From Candidatus Latescibacterota bacterium (lineage in GTDB: Bacteria; Latescibacterota; UBA2968; UBA8231), in the NCBI GenBank assembly GCA_965206595.1, contig OZ242214.1, positions 352,001 through 416,000 on the forward strand: a DNA stretch of 64,000 nt, written 5' to 3'. Shown one piece after another: positions 1 to 10,001 of the stretch (position 1 is its first letter; every line of letters starts with the position of its first letter). A program made the position numbers and the translations under genes. The notes below the pieces were generated by a model that was not told the DNA's origin, ran no database searches, and saw only the letters and a list, made by a program, of their open reading frames with translations.

Positions 1-849
1 AGGGCGGATCTCGGCGTGCAGCTCGGACAGGCGCCCCAGCTGGCGCCCCGCGGACTCCAGGAGCCTCCGGCCTTCCTCACGCCGGCCGGTGCGCATGTAC
101 AGGTTGCCGAGGTTCAGGCGCATCTTGTGGTCGACGGGATTGAGCTCGGTCGCCCTCTCCATGCTGGCCGCGGCGCTCTCGAGGTCGCCGAGGTTGCGGT
201 AGGCGAGCCCGAGGTTGAAGTGCGCTTCGGCATCCTCCGGGGCGTGGAAGACCGCCTTGCCGAAGCTCGCTAGCGCCCCCTCGAGCTCTCCCTGCCGGAG
301 GTGGAGGTGGCCGAGCTTCTTGTGGGCAGGGGCGTACGTCGAGTCCGCTCTCACGGCCGCGGCGAAGGCGAGGCGCGCCAGCAGGGTGCTGTCCAGGTAT
401 CCGTACACGACCCCCAGGTTGAAGTGGGCTCCCATGCGCGACGAGTCCAGGGCGACAGCTTTGCCGAATGAGGAGATCGCCGCGGCGGCGTGGTCCGCCT
501 GTCTCCCGGTGTAGGCCCGCGACGTGTACAGGCCGGTGTGGATTATGCCGAGGGTTTCGTGCAGCCGCGGGTCCCCCGGGTGGATTTCGATGGCGCGCTC
601 GATATGGACACGGGCGGAGTCGTACCTGCTGAGAAAGGTGTACGACCGGGCGAGGTAGAAGAGGGTGCTCGCGTCTTCGGGGTTCCGTTCCAGGGTGTGG
701 CGAAAGCGGTCGATCGCTTCGGCGTATTCCCCCCTGGAGTACTGGAGCCAGCCGGGAGGTTTTTCCGCAACGGGGCCGCCGTCCGGAGCGCAGGACGCTG
801 CGACGCAGAAGGCGATCAGGCTGCAGGGATCAAGGTGTCGATTGCCCAT
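1..849 (-). CDS. TPR-repeat protein, possibly a lipoprotein; 3' end runs off the window
   Basis: Manual translation from ATG at 849 (MGNRHLDPCSLIAFCVAASCAP...). The frame stays open to base 1, with TPR motifs such as AHFNLGVVYG, AHFNLGLAYRNLGD and LNLGNLYMRTG. Absent from the ORF track because it is truncated. Confidence 0.8.
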   Translation of the reverse strand, partial: MGNRHLDPCSLIAFCVAASCAPDGGPVAEKPPGWLQYSRGEYAEAIDRFRHTLERNPEDASTLFYLARSYTFLSRYDSARVHIERAIEIHPGDPRLHETLGIIHTGLYTSRAYTGRQADHAAAAISSFGKAVALDSSRMGAHFNLGVVYGYLDSTLLARLAFAAAVRADSTYAPAHKKLGHLHLRQGELEGALASFGKAVFHAPEDAEAHFNLGLAYRNLGDLESAAASMERATELNPVDHKMRLNLGNLYMRTGRREEGRRLLESAGRQLGRLSELHAEIRP

Positions 850-979
850 GGGAGTTCGCTGGTGGGACCGGTGAAACGTCAGCATGCCGGGCGCCTCGGC
901 GTCCCAATTCTGTCAATCTATCCCCGCGGCGGGACAGTAGCCGGTGGGTGAAGATGATCAGGGGCCGGGCTGCCAAACC

Positions 980-2482
980 TCAGTCGACGAACTGGAAGGC
1001 GTAGATCCGCATGGAGCGGATGCGGAAGTGAAGCCGCAGCGACTCGCGGGACACCTCTTCTCCGATGGCCGCGCTGCCGTTCCAGCGCAACCGCTGATCC
1101 AGTCCGTCCTGCCGCACCGGTTCGCAGCTTCCGAAGGTGTACCCCGCGATCGGATCGTGGGTTTCGGAGGAGACCAGCTGTACGTGGATTTCAGGGTCGG
1201 GCCCGGTCGGCTCGGCGTTGATCACCAGGCCGCTCCCCTCGAAGGCCAGGGGCCGCAGCGAGAACTGCCCGCCCTCGGCGCTTCCCTCGATGCCGACCAC
1301 CCGGTCCCTGCCGAAGGTGACCCGTCCGACCCTACTCTCCGGTTCGTAGTCGAGCTCGACGGGCCGGCTGCCTGCGTGGGGGCCGTCCCCCGAACGGTAG
1401 TAGAGCGCCCAGGTGTCGCCGTCGACCGGGACGATGCCGGGGGCGACGGAGATGATGTAGCAGTCGAATTCCCCGGGGACCCCGAGGGCAATGAAGGTGT
1501 CGCGGCAGGGCCGGGCCCAGCTGCGGTTGTCGCGGCTCGTCAGCGCCTGCACCTCGAAGGTCCCTTCGAAATGGCGGTAGAACGAGGGGAACATGTAATG
1601 GGCGTTGTCGTTGTCGGGGTGGCGGCTGTAGGCGCTGTTGTAGACATCGGTGTTGAGCCCGTCCTCGAGGTCCGGAACGATCGCCGGCTCGGGGTTCGAC
1701 CAGGTGCGGAAATCGTCCGAATCGAGGCGCACGACCGAGCGCCCCCGGCGCTGCGGCTCGACCTGCAGGGGGCCGGCGTCGAGGCCGGCGAAGCCGGCCA
1801 GCCTGCGGTGGTAGCAGACGTATCTGCCCAGCGTCGGGTCCCAGGTCGCCGCGTTCTGCGAATCGGGATAGTAGGTGGTGAAGTTCTCGCGGTAGCGCTG
1901 CCAGTGGATGCCGTCGCTCGAGCAGGCGCCCCGCATGGCCCCGTTCGATGGCTGCCCCGCGGCGAACAGCCGGCGATCGATCCACTCGGCGTAGACCATC
2001 TTGTACTCCTCGCCCGGTTCGGCCGCGGGATCCCTGAAGACGCTGCCCATCTCCGGGGAGCTGCCGTCGCGGCCCCCTTCGAAGACGATGTTGTGATCGC
2101 GGCAGCCGTCGACCTCGAGGAGGTTGAGGACCGGGCGCCGCCAGGTCAGGCCGTCGTCGGACTCGGCGTAGCTGACCCGCATGCCGCGGCGGTCGCTCTG
2201 GGAGGAGTTGTACCACATGCGGTAACCGCCTGCTTCCCGCATCACCGAAATCCATGCCATCGACTGCTCGAAGGGAGCGTCGCTGACCATGATGGGGCCG
2301 TCCGACTTTTCGACCGGGCCGTTGGAAAAGCGGACGTTCCAGGCGATCTGGTCCCAATGGTTGCGGTCCGCCAAGTGAAGGTGGAAATCGTCGAACAGCA
2401 GCTGGCGGGCGGAGCCTGCGTAGAACGGCTTCGTCGCCGCCACGAGCGGCCTCGGGTTGATGTCGGCGAAGGCGTCTGTCAT
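980..2482 (-). CDS. Putative five-bladed beta-propeller glycoside hydrolase-like protein
   Basis: 500 aa with YRMWY, YAESDDGLTW, SSDGIHW and Asp-box-like SDDFRTWS motifs, plus a C-terminal beta-sandwich ending in YAFQF. Confidence 0.7.
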   Translation of the reverse strand: MTDAFADINPRPLVAATKPFYAGSARQLLFDDFHLHLADRNHWDQIAWNVRFSNGPVEKSDGPIMVSDAPFEQSMAWISVMREAGGYRMWYNSSQSDRRGMRVSYAESDDGLTWRRPVLNLLEVDGCRDHNIVFEGGRDGSSPEMGSVFRDPAAEPGEEYKMVYAEWIDRRLFAAGQPSNGAMRGACSSDGIHWQRYRENFTTYYPDSQNAATWDPTLGRYVCYHRRLAGFAGLDAGPLQVEPQRRGRSVVRLDSDDFRTWSNPEPAIVPDLEDGLNTDVYNSAYSRHPDNDNAHYMFPSFYRHFEGTFEVQALTSRDNRSWARPCRDTFIALGVPGEFDCYIISVAPGIVPVDGDTWALYYRSGDGPHAGSRPVELDYEPESRVGRVTFGRDRVVGIEGSAEGGQFSLRPLAFEGSGLVINAEPTGPDPEIHVQLVSSETHDPIAGYTFGSCEPVRQDGLDQRLRWNGSAAIGEEVSRESLRLHFRIRSMRIYAFQFVD

Positions 2483-2495
2483 GAAACTCGATCGC

Positions 2496-3170
2496 TCACT
2501 CGTTCGGCTCCGGCCACAGGTGCGTCGACAGTCCCCTCCGGGGTCGGCCCGTGCTGTTGCCGCTGGTGTAGTGCAGGGTGCGCCCGTGGTGGATGGTCGC
2601 GTCCCCCGGGCCGTACTCGACCTGCACCGCCCGGTTTTCGTCCACCATCACCTCGAGGGCGGCATTGATCGGGTTCCTGTGGCGGGCGTCGACGTGCTCG
2701 GCGATCCCCTCGAGGTGGCTGCCGGGGACGAACTGCATGCCTCCCATGTCGGTGGTCACCTCCGACAGAGCCAGCCAGCAGGTGCCGCTGCGGTAGTTGG
2801 CCTTGCCGCGCCAGCCGTACCCGGCGTCCTGGTGCCAGAGCAGCTCCACGGTATTGTGGGGCGGTTTGAAGATCAGCTGGTCGTAGCGGTACTCGATGTC
2901 GTCACCGAGCAGCTGTCTGGCGGCGGCGGCGATGCGCCGCATGTACGGGTGGCCGCGCCACCCCGGGATGTTCTTGTGGGGGTTGCCGAGCTGCAGGATC
3001 CGGTCCGGGGCTATCTTCCACCCGGGCACGTCGTAGCGGCCGGCAACGGCCGCGTCGTAGCCGGCCCGCAGCTCGTCGACCATCTCTTCAGGGATCAGTC
3101 CGCGCAGCACGACGAATCCCTGCTGCTTGAACTCCCCTATCTGTTCCTGCTCGAGAACGATCTCGTCCAT
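2496..3170 (-). CDS. Phytanoyl-CoA dioxygenase (PhyH) family Fe(II)/2OG dioxygenase
   Basis: WHQD, FVPGSH, HHGRTLH and N...R motifs. Start placed at MDEIV (ATG 3170) after GGAGGAG. Confidence 0.88.
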   Translation of the reverse strand: MDEIVLEQEQIGEFKQQGFVVLRGLIPEEMVDELRAGYDAAVAGRYDVPGWKIAPDRILQLGNPHKNIPGWRGHPYMRRIAAAARQLLGDDIEYRYDQLIFKPPHNTVELLWHQDAGYGWRGKANYRSGTCWLALSEVTTDMGGMQFVPGSHLEGIAEHVDARHRNPINAALEVMVDENRAVQVEYGPGDATIHHGRTLHYTSGNSTGRPRRGLSTHLWPEPNE

Positions 3171-3486
3171 GGTCTCCTCCACCTTTTCCGTTTCAGGCAC
3201 AGGATACGCGCCGAATGACCGGGCCGCCAACCAGGGAACCCGCACCGGATGTCGGCATGTCCCCTGGTCTCCGGGGCCTCGGCCCCCGGCGGCAGATTCC
3301 GCTGTCGCTGCCCCGCGGAGGTCCGGCCCGGAAGCAGCAGGTCGGTCTGCCCGAACCGCATCCTCCGGAACGGGTGTCATGTCCGAACAGATTTCTTGCC
3401 ATTATTCCAGCGATCCGTCTTCCTCGTGGGGCCCCGATGATTTGGCAACCTGTTCCCGAACCGGACACTCGTGCGCCGGCAGATGA

Positions 3487-6400
3487 TCACCTGCCTGCTG
3501 CGCCGCGGCGCAGCAGGCTGCGGATCTCCGAGATCGTCGGCACGCCAGGTATCCCCAGCAGGATGCGTCCGTCCGCGGCGGTGATCAGCGTCGCCGGCAG
3601 GGCCTCGAGGCCGGTGGTCCGTGTCAGGGTCTCGCTGAACTCCGATACCTGCTTCGGGCTCAGGTCGGTGCGCAGCCCGTAGGCCGGCCGGTACTTCGCA
3701 GCGTAGGCGTCGAGCTTTTCTTCCCCCTCGTCCGAGTCGACGGGAACCCCGGTCATCTCCAGCTCCTCCTCGGTGAAGGCGTCCCGCAGCGCCTGCAGCT
3801 GCGGCAGGCTCGCCTTGCAGGAGGGGCACCAGGTGGCGGTCGAGGTGTACATCCGCAGTGCAAGCCCGGCTCCGGCCTCCCCCGAAGTCGACGGCAGGCT
3901 GAATTCCCCGGTCTCCTCCTTGCGGGGCGGCCCTGCCCGCCCCGCGGGAGCCGGTCTCAGGTACGGCTCGGCGACGAAGGCCTTTCCGGTGGGGGAATGG
4001 GCCGGGTTTTCATACACCGTGAGCAGGATGCCTGCTGAAACCGGGCCGGAACGCTGCACCGTTCCCCCGGGCCAGCGCACCTCCACGGCGTCGGCAGCCG
4101 CCCGGTTGCCGATCCCGACCAGCATGGTGGCGCTGTTCTGCGCCGCCAGACCCTCACCGCAGCGGTGCTCGCGCAGCAGCTCCGTTTCCCCCAGCGATAC
4201 GGTCGCCCTGGCGCCGTACCCGTCGCGCGGACTGTAGCCGGAGGGCTGTGGTGAGTGATTGCCCCCTGAGAAACGGAGCGCGATTGCGTTTCCGGTGCCG
4301 CCTCGTTCGGCGATGTCGTTGTGAAACAGCTGCATCAGGGGAGCGTTGACGTTGACCGCGGCGACGTCCTGCCAGCCGTCGCGGTCGTAGTCGGTCAGAG
4401 CGAAGGCGCGGCCGTCGGCCAGGGCGTCCAGCCCGGACACCCCGGACAGATCGCGAAACTGCCTCCCGCCGGCGCCGAGGAACAGGCGGTTGCGCTCGTA
4501 CCCGCTGATCGAGAGGGAGATCTCCCCTCCCGGCTCCGCCATCCAGCCGGAAGTCGCGCCCCCCTTCCAGCGCTGTTCGGCCATCCCGGTCGCATCCAGC
4601 TCCGCGGCGACCTGCTCATCGGTGCGCACGACCGTGCGCCAGAAGAAGCTTCACAAGTCCGCTTCGGGAATGGCGATCTCCGGGGGAGCGGAGTAGTAGC
4701 CGGACAGGGAGTAGATGTCGAGAAATCCGTCGTTGTCGAAGTCGGCGAACTGGCCTCCCCAGGCCCAGCCGACCTTTTCGACGAGCAGGGAGGGGGGCTC
4801 GACCCCGGAGACCTTGCGGAAATGCCCGCCCCGGTTGCGGAACAGGGAGTTGCCCCCGGCGAGCATGACGATGCGCGGATCCAGCCCCGGGATCTTGCCC
4901 ATGATCCGGTTGCCCGCCTTGCTGTACATGTTGCAGACGTACAGGTCCTGCAGGCCGTCGTTGTCGTAGTCCCCCCAGCTGACCCCCATGCCGAAGCCGA
5001 TGTCCGAGGTCCCCGTCTCCGCGGTGACGTCGCTGAACCGATCGCCGTCGTTGCGCAGCATGTTGTTGGGGGCGAAGTCGTTGGCCGCGTACAGATCGGG
5101 GTCGCCGTCGCCGTCGTAGTCCGCCCAGGTCGACTGGAAGGTGTTCCGCCACAGGGCGAGCTGTTGGCTTTGCGGGGCCACCGCGAAGCGGCCCGCTCCC
5201 CGGTTCACCAGCAGCAGGTTGGGAGGCCCGTAGTGATCGCGGAAGCGATGCCCCTTCCTGCGGCGCGCCAGCAGCTCTCTCGCCTGGCTCCGCGGCATCA
5301 GCTCGAGCACCTCGCGCAGCCGGTCCCATGTGTCGTCGTGGGCATAGGTGGAGAAGTAGACGTCGAGCAGCCCGTCGCCGTTGTAGTCCACGGCCGAGAT
5401 CGAGGTCGCGAAGTTCGGCAGGGCCGAGGGCGGGAGGGTCCCGGAGCGGTCGACGAAACGTCCCTCCTCGTTGGCGAAGAACAGGCTGCGCTCGAAGGTG
5501 CGCCCGATGAAGGCGTCGGCGTCGCCGTCGTTGTCGAAGTCGGCGAAGACGGCGCTGGAGCAGAAGTTCTCGAGGTCGAGACCGACCTTTCCGGCGATAT
5601 CCTCGAACGTCCCGTCTCCCTGGTTGTGGAGGAGCAGGTTTTGCCCCCACGTGGGCATGACGTAGATGTCGTCGTACCCGTCGCGGTCGACGTCGACGAC
5701 CGAGACGCCCGGTTTCTGGTAGAGGGAGGAGATGTCGAACAGCACGTGCGGCTTCTCGAACCGGTTGGCGCCGGCGATCAGGTCCCTGCCCCAGGCGACG
5801 ACGAGCTGCTCCTGGATCGACTCGCGGGCCCGCTTGCGGTCGGGGTCCTTCGGCAGGGCCCTGTCGAGGGCGTCCGAAAACAGGGGATTCGCGGCCTCGT
5901 GGGTGGTCAGGCTCTTCAGGTGCCAGCGCTCGATCCGCCAGTCTTCCCAGTCGGCATTCGACGGATTCGACCCCTGCTTCGCGGCGTCCGCCCCGGTGTT
6001 CCAGCGGGTGGAAAGCTTCCCCGCGACCGCCAGCAGCGATCCGGTCGGCGTCCGGGCAGCCCCGGCGAAGGCGATGTCCGCCTCCCACTGCCGGCGCCGC
6101 CCGTCGACGAAATTCCCCCGCTCGAAATGGAACTTCGCGTGCTCGAAGAATTCGACCCGGTCGAACAGGGGGCGCCAGAGGCGCAGCGAGGAGGAAGGGG
6201 CGGTGCGTTCGGTACCGTCCAGGGGCCACCCCGACGAACGCACGGCCACGCCGGGCAGCTGCTCGGCGGAGAGCGGTCCCGAGGCGGCCAGGTCGGTGAA
6301 CGATACCTCGTCGGCGAACAGACCAGCCCCGGCGTGGTGGGGGAGCTGCAGGTTGAGCACATCCCTGCCGAGCCGTTGCAGGCGGGGGGTCAGCGAGAGG

Positions 6401-6570
6401 ATCGCCTCCTCGGTGGCGAGGATCTCGGCGAAGTCCGCGGTCCCGCCGGGGCCTGCCGGCGCCGCGGGGGCAGGCCCCCGCGGCAGGAGGGCGAGGGCGG
6501 CGCCGGCCAGCAACAGTCCCGGCCGAAACCCGGGCAGCCGTTTCCCGGCGTCACCGGTACGGATCCGCAT
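3487..6570 (-). CDS. Secreted FG-GAP/CRTAC1-ASPIC/UnbV protein with C-terminal thioredoxin-like (WCPSC) domain; in-frame UGA at 4651-4653 (candidate selenocysteine)
   Basis: ORFs 4651-6570 and 3487-4629 are in the same frame (…EADL*SFFWRTVVRTDEQ…). FG-GAP repeats (DVDRDGYDD, DFDNDGDAD, DYNGDGLLD, DYDNDGLQD, DYDRDGWQD) occur on both sides of the UGA. ASPIC/UnbV motifs GARATV, VGIG and VRWPGG follow. Confidence 0.75.
4624..4639 (-). promoter_or_regulatory. Candidate bacterial SECIS hairpin
   Basis: mRNA reads UGA-AGCUUCUUCUG-GCGCAC-GGUC-GUGCGC: a perfect 6-bp stem with a GGUC apical loop beginning 17 nt after the UGA. E. coli fdhF SECIS has the same loop sequence and nearly the same spacing. 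Confidence 0.65.
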
Positions 6571-7312
6571 CCCCTGCGAACTCGAGCCCGAGGGTTTCGC
6601 GGGCCCTGCGCACGTTGCAGTGCCGTTCCGCCTCCGGCGAGCCGGCGAGGTTGAGCACCTCGAGGCCGATCTCCTCCTTTTCGAGCGCCAGCCGGCAGGC
6701 CTGCGCCAGGTCGTGACGGCAGATCCAGCTCACGCTCCAGGAGCCCGGCTCCAGCGGGTCTCCCAGCTTGTCGATCCCCTTTCTCAGGTCGACGATCGAG
6801 CAGGGGCGCAGAACGACGATAGACATCCCGAACGCGTCGTGGTACTGGCGGCACATCTCCTCCTGCAGTCTCTTGGTCACCGAGTAGAGGCCGGCGTCCG
6901 GCCGGCGCACCTCGGAGGTGAAGAAGACCCCATCCGGGTGCACCACCTGGCAGGAACCGATGTGGACGACGCGCCGGATCCGCCGCGTGCGGGCAGCTTC
7001 CAGCACGTTCCACAGCCCCTTGAGATTGACCAGGAACGGCAGCTCGTCGTCCACCCCGTAGGCGCCGGGCGCCCCCGAGAAGTACACCGCGGCGTGCACG
7101 ACCGCATCCATCCCTTCCAGGACGCGGTCGACGCTGCCGTAGTCGGCGACGTCCGCGTGGAGGACCTCGCCGCGCCATTCGCCGTCGATCCGGGCCCCGG
7201 CCTTCCAGGCCTCGGGGGACCGGTCGCAGGCGCGCACCTCGTGGCCGCGGCACAGATTGTCGAGGATCGCTCGCCCGACCCAGCCGGCGGCACCGAACAC
7301 TGCGATCTTCAT
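6551..7312 (-). CDS. NAD-dependent epimerase/dehydratase (extended SDR)
   Basis: GAAGWVG Rossmann motif and YSVTK catalytic motif; overlaps the start of the FG-GAP gene. Confidence 0.88.
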   Translation of the reverse strand: MKIAVFGAAGWVGRAILDNLCRGHEVRACDRSPEAWKAGARIDGEWRGEVLHADVADYGSVDRVLEGMDAVVHAAVYFSGAPGAYGVDDELPFLVNLKGLWNVLEAARTRRIRRVVHIGSCQVVHPDGVFFTSEVRRPDAGLYSVTKRLQEEMCRQYHDAFGMSIVVLRPCSIVDLRKGIDKLGDPLEPGSWSVSWICRHDLAQACRLALEKEEIGLEVLNLAGSPEAERHCNVRRARETLGLEFAGDADPYR

Positions 7313-7339
7313 CGTTTGTGAGGGGTCCTTGCCGGGAGG

Positions 7340-9328
7340 TCAGTACGCCAGGGACACGAGCCGCTCGACGCTGAACTCGCCGTCATCGGCGTCGACCTTC
7401 AGACGGAGGAGGTAGATGCCGGGGGGCAGAAGCTCGCCGCGGCCGTCGCGGCCGTCCCACCCGGCCCGGTGGGGCCCGCTGGTGAGCGGCGCGAGCGGCA
7501 GATCGGCAACCAACCCTCCGGTCAGGTCGTAGACCAGGATGCTGGCCGGTACCGCGGCCGAGAGGTTGACGAGATCGAATTCCAGATCGAGGAGATCGTT
7601 GACCCCGTCGGCGTTGGGAGTGAAGACGGGGGAGGAGAGGTGGAGATCTTCGAGGGTCCTCGCGGCGACGTTCGAGAGCTCGACGCTGAGCGCGTTGTTG
7701 TCGGTGCGGAAGTCGGCGTCCCCGGCCGCGAGCAGATGGGGCACCTCCCAGGGTTTCTCGCTGTCGAAGACGCGGCCGTGGAACTCGGTCCCGAAACTGT
7801 AGATCCGGGCGTCGAACAGGACCTCGACGAGGTCCCCGGTATTGCGGTCGTCCATGCGCGGGATCCGCACCGTGAAGTCGTTCGGCCCGATCTCCTGCCC
7901 CCACTCCGAGGGGTCGAGCTGCCGTCCTTCGACCGCCACCGAGACGACGCTGTCGACGAGCGCCGGGGTTTCGATGCGGATGCTGTCGAATCCCAGGTCT
8001 CCCACAGAAATTTCGGTGGAGAACACGAAGCTGAAACGGGACCTTTCGCGGGCAGGCACCGCCCCGGGGCCGATTTCGGCGATGCCGCCGGTGACTATGG
8101 GGGGCTGCGACACGGAGAACTCGAAGAAGTCGAGGCGGCCCCCGGACCGGAAGTCGGCGCTGAGCTGGACATAGCGGCGCGGCCGCCGCTGCGGGAGGAT
8201 CTCCTCCCCGCGGGCGAACTCGAGAACGGAGCTCCAGTGCGACCAGTTGTCGAGGTCGGGGGCGATGCCCGCCTGTTCCCCCGCCTCGAGGCCGAAGTAC
8301 TCGGAGCGGACCAGGGGTCGGCCCTCGGCGTTCAGCCGGCTTCGCTCCCGGCCCCGGAAGGTGTTGCGGAAATAGAGGTTGGGATCGGTGGTGTCGCCGG
8401 CGCGCACCCTGATGTCCACGTTCGCACCGGGGTGGAGTGCCCCCGACCAGGTCACCGGACCGAGGGTTCCCGGCTCGCCGAAGTCGATGAGGTTGGTGGT
8501 GTAGTTGGCGGCGTTGGCGAAGCCGTCGAAGAGCAGCTCGAACTCGGCGATCTCCCAGTTTCCGATGGGGGCGATGAATACGACCTCCTTCACCGGCTCG
8601 TCGTCGAAATCGAACTCGAGCAGGGGTTCGTTGTTCTCCGCCACCTCGGACACGAGGTCGAAAGAGCCGACTATGAAGACCGCGGAGTCGGAGTGATTGC
8701 CGAAGGTCCGGTCCTGCCTGCCGAACTTCAGCGGGTCGCCGTCGCTGATCCCGAGAGTGTAGGTGGGGATGAAGCGGTTTTCCTCGTTGCCGGGGATCGG
8801 GTAGATCCGGATCCGCTGCAGCGGGTAGGCGCCGGGAAGAATCATGTGGATGTATTTGCAGTAGTTCGGCCGGCTGACGCAGAAAGGGGAGCCTGCCGAC
8901 GCGAGGTTGCGCTCCGCCTCCCAGGGCGGAACGCCGCCGTTGAACGCCGTCTGCGGATCCCCGTCGAGCAGCTTGATCAACTCGTCGTCGGTTCCCCATC
9001 CTTCGCGGCCGGGGTGCCGGACCTGGATGCGGCCGCCCCGGTCGACTATCTCCGGGGTGAGGTTGGCGAGCGCCACCTGGTCGGCGCGGACGGAGTCGGG
9101 CTGAATGACCACGAGATGGGCGCTCCCGAACGGGGCGCCGTGTGCATCGCTCCATGGCAGCTGCACGAACCGTATCGACCCGGCCGGGGCGAGACCGCCG
9201 GCATCGGGGGCGGGCAGGCTTTCGCCGCCGATGCGATAGATCGTCAGTCCGCCGCTCGGGACCGGGGCGCCCTGGCAGGCCCCCAGGGCACAGACGAGGA
9301 TGCATTTTCGCAGGAACCGGCTACTCAC
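7340..9328 (-). CDS. Secreted protein with C-terminal FlgD Ig-like domain
   Basis: C-terminus reads FTPNADGVND...VYDLTG...WDGRDGRGELLPPGIYLLRL. Probable GTG start at 9328 followed by a hydrophobic signal (ILVCALGAC); the ORF track extends it to 9535. Confidence 0.75.
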   Translation of the reverse strand: MSSRFLRKCILVCALGACQGAPVPSGGLTIYRIGGESLPAPDAGGLAPAGSIRFVQLPWSDAHGAPFGSAHLVVIQPDSVRADQVALANLTPEIVDRGGRIQVRHPGREGWGTDDELIKLLDGDPQTAFNGGVPPWEAERNLASAGSPFCVSRPNYCKYIHMILPGAYPLQRIRIYPIPGNEENRFIPTYTLGISDGDPLKFGRQDRTFGNHSDSAVFIVGSFDLVSEVAENNEPLLEFDFDDEPVKEVVFIAPIGNWEIAEFELLFDGFANAANYTTNLIDFGEPGTLGPVTWSGALHPGANVDIRVRAGDTTDPNLYFRNTFRGRERSRLNAEGRPLVRSEYFGLEAGEQAGIAPDLDNWSHWSSVLEFARGEEILPQRRPRRYVQLSADFRSGGRLDFFEFSVSQPPIVTGGIAEIGPGAVPARERSRFSFVFSTEISVGDLGFDSIRIETPALVDSVVSVAVEGRQLDPSEWGQEIGPNDFTVRIPRMDDRNTGDLVEVLFDARIYSFGTEFHGRVFDSEKPWEVPHLLAAGDADFRTDNNALSVELSNVAARTLEDLHLSSPVFTPNADGVNDLLDLEFDLVNLSAAVPASILVYDLTGGLVADLPLAPLTSGPHRAGWDGRDGRGELLPPGIYLLRLKVDADDGEFSVERLVSLAY

Positions 9329-9531
9329 GGGCGATCCTCCATACAGCCGCTTGCAGACAGCGTTTCGTAAGTATGTCGGCGATAGCCTTCCCACGCAATC
9401 GGCAGGTGTTTCGCCGGCGCGCGGCCCTTTCTCCCGCTCCGTGTTCCGGTCCGCAGTGCGCGGAAATGCGGCCGCCGGAAAGGGGGCGCTTTCGTCCATT
9501 GCGGTCGAGGCGATCGAAGGGAATACCTTCA

Positions 9532-9996
9532 TCACTGGTCGAAGCTGATCTCGCCCCTGGAGGCGTTCCGGAAGTACTCCTCGACTTTTTCCCGCGAGCG
9601 CGGATAGTCGCGGCTGATCTCCTGGACGATGGGCCGGATTTCCTCCGCGTCGGCCCCCATGTCGAGAAGCAGGCGGGCGTACACGAACAGGAGGGCCTCG
9701 CTGCGCCGGTTGGCCTCGAGCGCCTTTTCGAGATGCCGTCGGGCCTCGTGCAGCCTGCCCTGGTCGGCCAGGGCCTTGCCCATCATGAGATTCGGCCCGG
9801 CCCCTTCGGGGTAGAGCTCGAGCAGCACCTGGGACAGTTGCTGCAGCGATTGTCCGTAGAGCTGGGGATTGCCCTTGGCGTCGTCGCGGGATGCGAGGTG
9901 TCCGAAGGTGCGGGACTGGTGCTTCTCGAACAGCCCGATGCCCGCGCCCAGAACGGCGAGATAGAGCAGAAAGCGGAGGGACTTGAGGTAACGCAC
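9532..9996 (-). CDS. Small membrane-anchored TPR protein
   Basis: The C-terminal part of the track ORF 9532-10902. Starts VRYLKSLRFLLYLAVLGAGIG (TM/signal), with TPR MGKALADQGRLHEARRHLEKAL. Confidence 0.65.
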   Translation of the reverse strand: MRYLKSLRFLLYLAVLGAGIGLFEKHQSRTFGHLASRDDAKGNPQLYGQSLQQLSQVLLELYPEGAGPNLMMGKALADQGRLHEARRHLEKALEANRRSEALLFVYARLLLDMGADAEEIRPIVQEISRDYPRSREKVEEYFRNASRGEISFDQ

Positions 9997-10001
9997 GGGA
10001 C

